Assembly: GCA_031412525.1 (NCBI GenBank)
Contig: JANODE010000171.1
Location: 15,499-79,498, forward strand
Direction: 5' to 3'
Length of the DNA stretch: 64,000 nucleotides
From: Akkermansiaceae bacterium
GTDB lineage: Bacteria; Verrucomicrobiota; Verrucomicrobiia; Verrucomicrobiales; Akkermansiaceae
Notes under the pieces: generated by a model
The model's input: the letters and a program-made list of their open reading frames with translations, nothing else
Told to the model about the DNA's origin: nothing
Database searches by the model: none
Program-made: the position numbers and the translations under genes
Shown here: positions 27,551-36,380 of the stretch, one piece after another
Numbering within the stretch: position 1 is the first letter of the stretch
Layout of the letters: each line of letters starts with the position of its first letter

Positions 27551-28805
27551 TCAGTGGCTGTAATTCTCAGTCACTTCGGGATCGTGCTTGTGTTTGAAAA
27601 GCACCGCGAAGGCGATCGCGATGACCAGCGCGTAACCCGCGAACGACAGCCAGATGCCCTGCCAGTCCTTCGCGCCGTTGTGGGTGAAAAAGCGGTCGAT
27701 GACATAACCGCTGGCGAGGCTGCCGAAGATGGCTCCGAATCCATTGGTCATCATCATGAACAAACCCTGCGCGCTTGAGCGGATCTTGGCATTGGTCGTC
27801 GTTTCTATGAAAAGCGAGCCCGAGATGTTGAAAAAATCAAACGCCATTCCGTAAACGATGCAGGAAAGAATGATCATCCAAAGGCCGCCGGCGGGATCTC
27901 CGTAGGCAAAGAAGGCGAATCGCAGCACCCAGGCGAACATGCTGATGAGCATCACCATCTTGATGCCGAAACGTTTCAGGAAATACGGAATGGCCAGAAT
28001 GAAGAGGGTCTCGGAAATCTGCGATATCGAGAGGATGATGGTCGAATATTTCACCACGAACGATTCGCTGTATTCCGGGATCTTCTCAAAGTCTGATAGA
28101 TAAACGTCGCCATACATGTTGGTGAGTTGCAGTGCGCCGCCGAGGAACATCGAGAAGATGAAGAACAGCGCGATCTTGTAGCTGCCAAAAAGCCGGAAGG
28201 CGCTCAGCCCCAGAGTTTCTATCAATGGTGCTCCTTTTTTGGTCGTTTTCAAAGGCGGGCATTCCGGCAGCGAAAACGAGTAGAGCCCTAGCAGCACTGC
28301 CACCGCTGCGGCGATGTAGAACTGGTTTGCGGAGGCCTTGTTGCCGGTGAGGTTCGTCACCCACATCGCGGCGATGAATCCGACCGTGCCCCACACGCGT
28401 ATGGGCGGGAACACCTTGATGACGTCGAATTGGTGGGTCTTGAGAATATTGTAGGCCACGGAATTCGAGAGAGAAATGGTCGGCATGTAGCAGAGCATCG
28501 CGGCAAAGATGACCCAGAAAAAGGTCCCCGGGTGATTGACCATCGGGATGCAGGCGAGTGCGATTCCACCGAGAATGTGAAGGATGCCATACAGCCGCTC
28601 CGCATTGACCAGGCGGTCCGCGATGATGCCTGTTAGTGGAGGCATGATCAGCGAGGCAAATCCCAGCGTTGAGAAAATCGCACCAAACTCAGCGCCACTC
28701 CAGCCTTTCGTGATGAACCAATAATTACTGACGGTGATCAACCAGGCTCCCCAGACGAAGAACTGCAGGAAACTCATGACGATCAGGCGGTTTTTGATTC
28801 CCATG
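27551..28805 (-). CDS. nupG: MFS nucleoside permease (NupG/XapB family)
   Basis: MGIKNRLIVMSFLQFFVWGAW, FPPIRVWGTVGF, SISQISE, YGMAFDFFNISG and RSSAQGLF..MTNG.G. Confidence 0.88.
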
Positions 28806-29018
28806 GAAATGTTAGGTGGTTGGAGGGTGGGTTTTTTCCGGTGGCAGGGCACCACACGGAGTCTGAAAAATGGGCGAAACACCTTGCCGCGACAAGTACT
28901 GAAGCTTGCCAAAGCACTGACCATACCAAGCCCGTTGATTCCTTGGGCTGCCGCAGGCCATGTCGATACTCCCGCTTGAAAAAACCAGTGGCGAACTCCC
29001 ACTGGTGGGCCGCGGGTT

Positions 29019-30260
29019 TCACCACACGCCTGTTTCGTGGAGGATCTTCGCGGTCTTTCGCCGTTCCGGGACTTTCATGTCCGGATAGGCATCCGTGACA
29101 GTCGTTGCTTCGAGCACTGCGCGCAATCCAGTGATCACCCGTGATTTCACCCGATCAGGAAGACTGCGGAATGCCTCGGAATAAATCATGTAGGAGCAGC
29201 GGTGTTTGAAGATTCGGCCGTTGAGCTGGAACTCCGCCAACGACGCGCCATCCCCGGCATGCGGGACGCTGGCTTCGAATTCCCGCTGAAATCCACCATC
29301 TCCCTCTACTCCGTCCGCGCCCTGCTCCGCCTCACCAGCGAAGAGAAACCACTGAACGATCTTGTCAGCCGCTTGGTCCGCAACCCGGCCGGCCGAGCCT
29401 TGATCGGGATCGCCTTGCGGATCGATTGCCTTGCCCAGGTAATACGCCCGGCGGTAATTCATCGTGGCGGCGGTGAGCAGGTTGTGAGCCTGACACTGAT
29501 GCTCAAGCACCATGAGCGCCACCACGTCGCTGGTGCTCCGGGGGTATTTCGAAACGTTGATTTTTGCAGTTAGATCCGGCCAGTCCGTGCGCTCGGGCTC
29601 GGCTTCACGGCCGTCGGTGTAAGTCCGGTTTCCCAAATGGGGCAGGGAGATCGATCCTGTAACGTAATACCCACCCCATCGTTCCTCGACCGGCGTCTGA
29701 TGGGTGATGAGACCGGAGCCCATCGAAAGCAGCGGCCGGCCATCCTCATTTGGATAGACCGAGCGCACCAACAGGCCGGGAGCGTTTTCCGTGCGCGCCG
29801 TGCCATGGCAGGAAAGGCAGTCATTGGTGTCTCGTTCCACCTTGGGAGGGGTGGTGGCGTTGCCCGGATCGATCACATAAAACACCGGTCCCAGCGCCGC
29901 GTCCTGAATGATGACCTCCATCATTCCTCCCGGCACGTAGCCGAAATAACAGTCGCTTGAAAAATACAGTGCGCGCGGATTGCTGGGGTTGATCAGGCCG
30001 TTCTGCTTGCTCGTTTTGGAAAACACCAGCACCTGCGACGACTCGGGGATTTCCAGCGCTGCCAGTATTTCCCGCACCCGCTCCAACGGTGTCGTGCCAC
30101 GCAAGGAGGAGGGGTCGTGCTGCCACTTTTCGGCCAGTGCTGCCATCCGGTCTCGGGCAGGCGTGTCCGAGTAACTCACGGGCGGGAGATCCCATGCGTC
30201 CACATCCGCATGCAGCGGCAGGGTGGAAACAAGCAGGACGATCCAGCGGAACAACATCAT
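29019..30260 (-). CDS. Conserved hypothetical exported protein with a single CxxCH motif
   Basis: Signal peptide; LVFSKTS.Q...I.P.NPRALYF; CLSCH; WGGYYVTG; SDVVALMVLEHQ; C-terminal CSYMIYS..F..LP. Confidence 0.8.
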   Translation of the reverse strand: MMLFRWIVLLVSTLPLHADVDAWDLPPVSYSDTPARDRMAALAEKWQHDPSSLRGTTPLERVREILAALEIPESSQVLVFSKTSKQNGLINPSNPRALYFSSDCYFGYVPGGMMEVIIQDAALGPVFYVIDPGNATTPPKVERDTNDCLSCHGTARTENAPGLLVRSVYPNEDGRPLLSMGSGLITHQTPVEERWGGYYVTGSISLPHLGNRTYTDGREAEPERTDWPDLTAKINVSKYPRSTSDVVALMVLEHQCQAHNLLTAATMNYRRAYYLGKAIDPQGDPDQGSAGRVADQAADKIVQWFLFAGEAEQGADGVEGDGGFQREFEASVPHAGDGASLAEFQLNGRIFKHRCSYMIYSEAFRSLPDRVKSRVITGLRAVLEATTVTDAYPDMKVPERRKTAKILHETGVW

Positions 30261-30327
30261 TGAATTTACCTGAGATCCGGCGGGAATCCATCAGCGGATG
30301 CGCGCATTTCCGTCGGAAACCCACGCG

Positions 30328-31209
30328 TCAGTACTCACGCTTGAGAAGATGGGTGGCGATTTCCCGCAAGCGGGCCGCCTTTTTTCCTAACGGATCAAGC
30401 GAATCCATGGCAGTCCTGGTCAGCTTCACCGCTTCCTTGCGGGAGGCGTCCAGCCCGAGCACCGCGGGATAAGTGGACTTTTCCACTGCAAGGTCCTTGC
30501 CCGCTGTCTTGCCTAACATCTCGGTGCTCTGCGTGACGTCGAGGATGTCGTCGATCACTTGGAACGCGAGACCGAGGGCATGGCCGAATTTTGTCAGCGC
30601 GTCCAATTTCGCCTCACCGGCGTTTGCGGTCATCGCACCCAGCCGCAGCGAGGTTGTCAGCAGCGCGGCGGTTTTTGCTTCGTGGATTCTAACGAGATCA
30701 CGCTTGCTCAGCTTTTTCCCTTCGCCCTCGAGGTCCATCACCTGCCCGCCGATGAGCTTGCGGCTGCCACCGGTTTCCGCGAGTTCGGCGATGTATTCCC
30801 GGGCTCCGTAGCGTTTGCTAGCGGGTGTTTTTGCAAGCACGATGAACGACTCCGTTAGAAGCGCGTCACCGCAGAGCACGGCCATGCCTTCACCATAAAC
30901 CTTGTGACAAGTCGGCCGGCCGCGGCGGAGATCGTCGTCGTCCATCGCCGGCAGATCGTCGTGAACGAGCGAATAGGTGTGCATCAGCTCCACCGCGCAC
31001 GCCGGAGCGAGTGCATGGGACATCTCCCCGCCACACGCTTCCGCTGCCGCCAGACAAAGCACCGGACGCAGGCGCTTGCCTCCGGCAAAAACGCTGTATC
31101 GCATCGCCGCATGGATCGTCGCCGGACGCTCCTTCGCTTTCGGCAAAAACGCATCCAGCGCCGCATCCACTTCAGCGGCGCGAGCGGTGAGGTAGGTTTT
31201 CAGGTCCAT
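30328..31209 (-). CDS. ispA: Polyprenyl (farnesyl/geranylgeranyl) diphosphate synthase
   Basis: [49 protein letters not shown] and GKTAGKD. Start at the ATG at 31209. Confidence 0.95.
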   Translation of the reverse strand: MDLKTYLTARAAEVDAALDAFLPKAKERPATIHAAMRYSVFAGGKRLRPVLCLAAAEACGGEMSHALAPACAVELMHTYSLVHDDLPAMDDDDLRRGRPTCHKVYGEGMAVLCGDALLTESFIVLAKTPASKRYGAREYIAELAETGGSRKLIGGQVMDLEGEGKKLSKRDLVRIHEAKTAALLTTSLRLGAMTANAGEAKLDALTKFGHALGLAFQVIDDILDVTQSTEMLGKTAGKDLAVEKSTYPAVLGLDASRKEAVKLTRTAMDSLDPLGKKAARLREIATHLLKREY

Positions 31210-31219
31210 GATGGAAAGA

Positions 31220-31296
31220 AGTTGAGAGTCTGGAGTTGAATGTTGAGAGTTGGAAAAGATTTTCTTTCTCTCAACTCTCAACCATCAACTTTCAAC
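31220..31296. repeat. Intergenic inverted array of degenerate heptamers (GTTGAGA / TCTCAAC)
   Basis: Left arm AGTTGAGAGTCTGGAGTTGAATGTTGAGAGTTGG; right arm CTCTCAACTCTCAACCATCAACTTTCAAC. Confidence 0.75.
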
Positions 31297-31299
31297 CTC

Positions 31300-32298
31300 T
31301 TAAAGAATCTCCGCGATTTGCACGGCATTGAGTGCAGCACCTTTCCGGACTTGGTCGCCGACGACCCACAGATCGAGCGCATTGTCGAACACCAGGTTCT
31401 TGCGGATGCGGCCGACGAGGCAGTCGTCTTTTCCCGTTGTATCAAGCGGCACAGGGAACACCTTGTTCGCGATATCGTCCATCAACTGCACACCCGGCTT
31501 GCCCTGATAGGCCGCGCGTGCGGAAGCGACATCCACCGGACGCTCGAACTGCGCGGTGATGGAAACCGAGTGCGACCGATAGACCGGCACGCGCACGCAG
31601 GTGCACGAAACGCGGAGGTCCGGCAGATCCATGATTTTCCGGCCTTCATTGAGCATCTTGAGTTCCTCCTTGGTGTAGCCATTTTCCGTGAACGCATCCA
31701 CCTGCGGGATCACGTTGAACGCGATCTGCCGCGGATAGACTTTGAGCGTCACTGGCTCACCGGCATTGATCGCCTTCATCTGCTCTTCCAGCTCGACGAT
31801 GCCCTGCGCTCCCGATCCGGACACTGCCTGATAGGTCGAAGCAATGATCGAACGCAGCCCGAACGCCTCATGGAGCGGAGCAAGTGCCATCAACGAGATG
31901 ATGGTCGTGCAATTCGGGTTCGCGATGATGTTGCGCGGATGATTCTTCGCGGCTTGTGGGTTGATTTCCGGCACCACGAGCGGCACATCGGCGTCCATGC
32001 GGAAGGCAGACGAATTGTCGATGACGACTGCCCCGGCCTTCGCGGCAGACGGTCCGTATTCGAGAGAAATGCCGCCGCCCGCGCTGAACAAGGCGATGTC
32101 CACGTCCGAAAACGAATCATGAGTGAGCTCCTCGACCGTGATTTCCTCCCCACGAAAGGTCATTTTTTTCCCGGCGGAACGTGCCGAAGCGAGCAGCTTC
32201 AGCTTGCTGAGTGGGAAATTCCGCTGCTCGAGGCAGAGGAGCATTTCGACACCGACGGCACCCGTCGCACCAACGATCGCTACATGGGGATGATTCAT
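31300..32298 (-). CDS. asd: Aspartate-semialdehyde dehydrogenase
   Basis: VAIVGATGAVG, ASARSAG, VIDNSSAFRM, VPLVVPEIN, IANPNCTT, STYQAVSGSG, FNVIP, CVRVPV and VGDQVRKGAALNAVQIAE. Confidence 0.97.
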   Translation of the reverse strand: MNHPHVAIVGATGAVGVEMLLCLEQRNFPLSKLKLLASARSAGKKMTFRGEEITVEELTHDSFSDVDIALFSAGGGISLEYGPSAAKAGAVVIDNSSAFRMDADVPLVVPEINPQAAKNHPRNIIANPNCTTIISLMALAPLHEAFGLRSIIASTYQAVSGSGAQGIVELEEQMKAINAGEPVTLKVYPRQIAFNVIPQVDAFTENGYTKEELKMLNEGRKIMDLPDLRVSCTCVRVPVYRSHSVSITAQFERPVDVASARAAYQGKPGVQLMDDIANKVFPVPLDTTGKDDCLVGRIRKNLVFDNALDLWVVGDQVRKGAALNAVQIAEIL

Positions 32299-32581
32299 TT
32301 TGATAAAACCGGCACCTCCGCCGGGACGCGGAGCATACCGAGATCAGCACCGCTGGCAACCGCTTCGTTTTTCAGATGACGCGCACTTTCAACTTGCTCC
32401 TTTAAAGCCCTGCCCGCCCCAACCCCCCACTAGTTCGATGCCAAAGATTATAATGACGAACTAAGACAGAACATCTTGGATATTGGATATTTAACAGGGC
32501 ACAATAAACATGATTCTTTACTCTGCATTTCTAGCGGAATAGAACCCGATTAGATTTCCTGAAGTCCCCCGTCCCTACATC

Positions 32582-33367
32582 ATGACCCTTTTTGATCTTT
32601 TTGAGTTCGTCTTCCGTTTCTCCCTGGGAGCCTCCAGCGCTGCGACATGGATCTGGGTAGTCATCACGTTCATTGTCTTCATCTTCGTGATCGGCTCACT
32701 CTGGGGCAGGGCTTTCAACAAGGACTGGAGCCTCACCCGGCACGGCGGTTTTCTCGGGACTGTGCTCTTCTTCGCCATCCTTTCCGCTTTCGCGGTCTTC
32801 AACCTTCGGACCATCGCCGGGATGGAGGATTGGTTCAAACAGCAGCGTGCCACCCTTCCTCACGCTGTTGCCGACTCAGGCCGGCTCAAACGCTCGGTCA
32901 TCGTTGAAACGTGGAGCCGACTTGAACCCAAGCAAGGCCAGCAAAAGCTGTCTCCCCCTGATCAGTCTGGCGACCAAGTTCGCCTGAATACCCCAGAAGA
33001 CGCGATTGTATTAGCGAGTGTCGCCGCCGAAGAAGCCCGCACCTCACTTCGCGCCAAACCACCATTTGTCTTCGGTGCTCCACTCGACACCAAAAGCCCC
33101 GACGACATCGCATCGGACACCATTGACGCGCTGAAACTCGCCCCCTCTGCATTTCCCAAAACCGTCTCCAGCGAGAACGAGTGGACTGCTACTGCGGCAA
33201 CGCTTCAGGTCAATCACGCCCTCGACACGGCGCAGAACCTGCTGAAACCAAAGCTGGCCGACCTCAAGACTGCCTGCCTTTGGCTACTCGGACTCTCGAT
33301 TGTTATCTCCTTCGCTTTCGGAGCCATCCGTGCCGTCGAGGACATCAAAGTCAACCCCAAGCCCTAA
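32582..33367 (+). CDS. Hypothetical integral membrane protein (first gene of the tubulin/ZorAB-like operon)
   Basis: Two or three N-terminal hydrophobic helices, a ~150-aa soluble loop and one C-terminal helix; 16 nt from the next start. Confidence 0.85.
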   Translation: MTLFDLFEFVFRFSLGASSAATWIWVVITFIVFIFVIGSLWGRAFNKDWSLTRHGGFLGTVLFFAILSAFAVFNLRTIAGMEDWFKQQRATLPHAVADSGRLKRSVIVETWSRLEPKQGQQKLSPPDQSGDQVRLNTPEDAIVLASVAAEEARTSLRAKPPFVFGAPLDTKSPDDIASDTIDALKLAPSAFPKTVSSENEWTATAATLQVNHALDTAQNLLKPKLADLKTACLWLLGLSIVISFAFGAIRAVEDIKVNPKP

Positions 33368-33383
33368 GTCATCTCTCCTCAAC

Positions 33384-36380
33384 ATGAAAAACCATCTCTT
33401 CATCGGCCTCGGAGGACAGGGCGGCAAGACCGTTGCGGAACTCAAGAAAGTCTTTGCGAGCCGCAATCAAGATGCGAACCAGCTCCAAGAACTCGGGCTG
33501 GTCTGTGATTTTCTCTACATTGACTCTAGCCGCGATGTGACCGACGAGCGTCGCAACTGGTTTCACTACGGGAAAGACCTTTCTCTAAAGCCGGATTCCT
33601 TTCTCTACCTTAAAGAAGGAGGAGCATCCATCAATGTCGCGTCGATGGCGGAGAGACCGGACGTCGCTCCTTGGATTGGTGACCAAGACAAGCTTCAGCG
33701 TTTCATCGAAGGGGTTCAGGGAATTCAAGGAGCGAATCAGCGACGGAGACTTGGGCGGCTGCTCTTTGCCCGTAATGCCGAGCGAATCAGAAAGGCGGTC
33801 TGCGAGGAGAAAATCGGACCGATGCGCGCCAACTCAAATCAGTGTGCGGTACATGTATTCGCATCCCTCGCTGGTGGAACCGGAAGTGGATGCTTGGTGG
33901 ATCTTGTCACGCTGATCCGATCGGAGTTCCCAAATGCCGCCGCGACCGACGGATTTCCGATCTTTCTCTATCTTTATGTCACCAACGAGAAATTCCAAGC
34001 GGCACAAGTGGGGTTTTTCCACGAAAACCAAGCGGCAACTCTCCGGGACCTCAATGCGCTGGCATGCGGAAAGTACAAACCGACGCTTTTCGGTACGGCG
34101 CGCGGTGGCAGCGTGTTCAGCGGAGACGAACCCATCGCCCAGATCCTCCTTAGCACTCATCTGAGCAGCAAAAACCAGAAACTGAGCCTTGCCCAGCAAC
34201 ACCAGATCGTCGCGGAAGCGGCGTTCGAGCGGATTTTCAGTTATGCCTCTGGTAACCTAGACACCACATTCCAGAAATCGCTGACCGGGGAGGATTTGAT
34301 GGCCGCGTTCCCTGGAGAGCCGACGGGCAATTTACTGCGTTCGTTTCGGTTTGGAAGCGTGGGCATGCGTCGATGGGAAGTTCCCATCGACGAAATTCGT
34401 GAACTGCTGGCGAAAGACCTTTTTGCGTGTTGCTGCCGCAAGTTACTCTTCCAGAACTGGAGCAATAGCCGGGGGGCGGTAGGTGAAAAAAATCAGAGTA
34501 ACATCCCAGGATTCTCCGAAGCCCTAGGCCAAATCACCGCTCTTGTCGACAACGAGCTTCTTCTAAAGACCCAGACAGGCGAGATAATCAAAAGCTTGGA
34601 AGCGGATTTCAACCGCTTCCATTCAGGGAAGACTAAGGAAGGCTTCAAAGAAACAGATCTCGCCGGGTATGAAGCTGAACTCCAACAGCGCTACGATCAA
34701 GAACTCAATGGCAGAGGCATCGCTGTGATCTTCCGCGATGTGGAAGCGGGTAGATTGCAGAGGATCGAGCGGATCGAGGCTGGGCTTCAGAGTATCATCA
34801 AAACGTCTTGGCAAAACAATGGAGAGCGCCTCGGGCTTGCTTACATGAACGAACTCCTGCTGAAGGCGCAGGAGGAGATACGTAGGCGGACCACCGAGAA
34901 ACCGACCACCACGAATGGGCAGGACTCGGTGCGATTACGAATGGATAAGCGTAAGTTCGAGTGGTCGAAAATAACATTCTTGTCCCGTCCTCTCCGCCAG
35001 ACGAAGCTCGCATTGGCGCACCAGAGCGATCTCGCCAGCCTCTGCCGGGCAGACGTCCGCCGACGCGCCGAGGTTGAAGACCGAAAGCTGCAGGACATCG
35101 TCGGGCAGCGCCTCGGAATGATGGCATCGGAATTCCAACGGGTAGAGGGCAAGGTGACCGAGTGGGAGGAAGCAGCCCGAAAGCGGCGGGATGGCTTGCT
35201 CCAGGATCTCAGAGCACTGAAGGAGAGGAGACCGCGAGACGACCAAGGCGTTGTTGCCAACAAGCCCGAATTCTCGCTCGATGATCTTGAGGCCCATTTG
35301 AAGGATCAGAGCCTAGAGGCGACCCACATCGAGAACACCTGTGACGAGCTGATCCACCGGTCATTCTCGGAGGCTTTGGGAAACGCTCCGCTCACGGATC
35401 TCGGCAGGTTTTCCGAAGAACAGGAAACGCTGTTCATCGAGAGCTCTGACAGCATCGTCTTCAGAAAGGTCGAAGAGATTCATCATACCATCCGGGAGCG
35501 GACGCACCGCGACTCCGTCCTATCAGGAAATGTGTTGGACGTCCTTAAATTGCGCCACAAAGAAGATCCGGATCGTTTCATCAAGGAGCTTCGCCAATTC
35601 ATCGACAGCGCGACTTGCAACGTGGAGATGGCCAACGGAGAGCTCCAGCCACGCGATTTGAAGGGAGATCCCGGCATGCCATCCATGCCGAGGTCGGGGC
35701 TTCTTATCGGCGTGCCTAATGGCCATCCGTTTGGAACTGAACTCAAGGGCATGATCAAACCACTCCTCGCGGCAGGAAGTTCAGAGAGTCAAGGAATCTA
35801 TTTCCACGACGATCCAACTCAAATCCGCCTTCTGTTCGTTAATTATTGGATGGCGGCCCGCTTTGCAAAGGTTGTTCATCATCTGGAAAGGATGTACCGA
35901 GAGTCGCTGCAACATGACGATGCAGACGATTTCAAGTATTTCACCAACCTCGACCCCAGCGGTGAGAGAGGTGCCCGGCCCCCGTTGCTACGCCCATCGC
36001 CGGATGAATCCCTTAGTAGCATGAGAGCAGCACTTTGGTTGGGTAGCCGGATCTCGGGTCCCGGTGGAGCTGGCACTCTGATTCAAGATACGGAGAACGG
36101 AGCCATACTGATCGAGTGCCAGGAGGATGGTATCGTGCCACGACCGATAGGAGACAGCATTAAGGCGCTGAGTTCCGCCTCAGATGCCGTGACAACGGCC
36201 CGGGTCACCGACTCGGTTGCGAGTCAGATTTCGCTGCTCCTGGACTCGCAAATCGAAGTGCTCAGGTCCACGCTGAGAGAGGATGACAAAGAGAAGCTGA
36301 CGACACTAGGCCCGGGCAACAGTCAGTATGTCGCTTGGACCAAGGACAGGGAGCGAGTCCACGAACTTCTTAAACGATGA
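33384..36380 (+). CDS. Tubulin/FtsZ-like GTPase domain protein (Tubulin_2 family) with long helical C-terminal region
   Basis: NHLFIGLGGQGGK (T1-like loop), GANQRRRLGRLLF, and VHVFASLAGGTGSG (tubulin-signature-like, 33870-33890). 998 aa from the ATG at 33384. Confidence 0.88.
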   Translation: MKNHLFIGLGGQGGKTVAELKKVFASRNQDANQLQELGLVCDFLYIDSSRDVTDERRNWFHYGKDLSLKPDSFLYLKEGGASINVASMAERPDVAPWIGDQDKLQRFIEGVQGIQGANQRRRLGRLLFARNAERIRKAVCEEKIGPMRANSNQCAVHVFASLAGGTGSGCLVDLVTLIRSEFPNAAATDGFPIFLYLYVTNEKFQAAQVGFFHENQAATLRDLNALACGKYKPTLFGTARGGSVFSGDEPIAQILLSTHLSSKNQKLSLAQQHQIVAEAAFERIFSYASGNLDTTFQKSLTGEDLMAAFPGEPTGNLLRSFRFGSVGMRRWEVPIDEIRELLAKDLFACCCRKLLFQNWSNSRGAVGEKNQSNIPGFSEALGQITALVDNELLLKTQTGEIIKSLEADFNRFHSGKTKEGFKETDLAGYEAELQQRYDQELNGRGIAVIFRDVEAGRLQRIERIEAGLQSIIKTSWQNNGERLGLAYMNELLLKAQEEIRRRTTEKPTTTNGQDSVRLRMDKRKFEWSKITFLSRPLRQTKLALAHQSDLASLCRADVRRRAEVEDRKLQDIVGQRLGMMASEFQRVEGKVTEWEEAARKRRDGLLQDLRALKERRPRDDQGVVANKPEFSLDDLEAHLKDQSLEATHIENTCDELIHRSFSEALGNAPLTDLGRFSEEQETLFIESSDSIVFRKVEEIHHTIRERTHRDSVLSGNVLDVLKLRHKEDPDRFIKELRQFIDSATCNVEMANGELQPRDLKGDPGMPSMPRSGLLIGVPNGHPFGTELKGMIKPLLAAGSSESQGIYFHDDPTQIRLLFVNYWMAARFAKVVHHLERMYRESLQHDDADDFKYFTNLDPSGERGARPPLLRPSPDESLSSMRAALWLGSRISGPGGAGTLIQDTENGAILIECQEDGIVPRPIGDSIKALSSASDAVTTARVTDSVASQISLLLDSQIEVLRSTLREDDKEKLTTLGPGNSQYVAWTKDRERVHELLKR

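Noticed and set aside
33384-36380. Cell-division FtsZ
   Set aside because: It is about 1000 aa, has a variant signature (AGGTGSG), and has no dcw neighbours.
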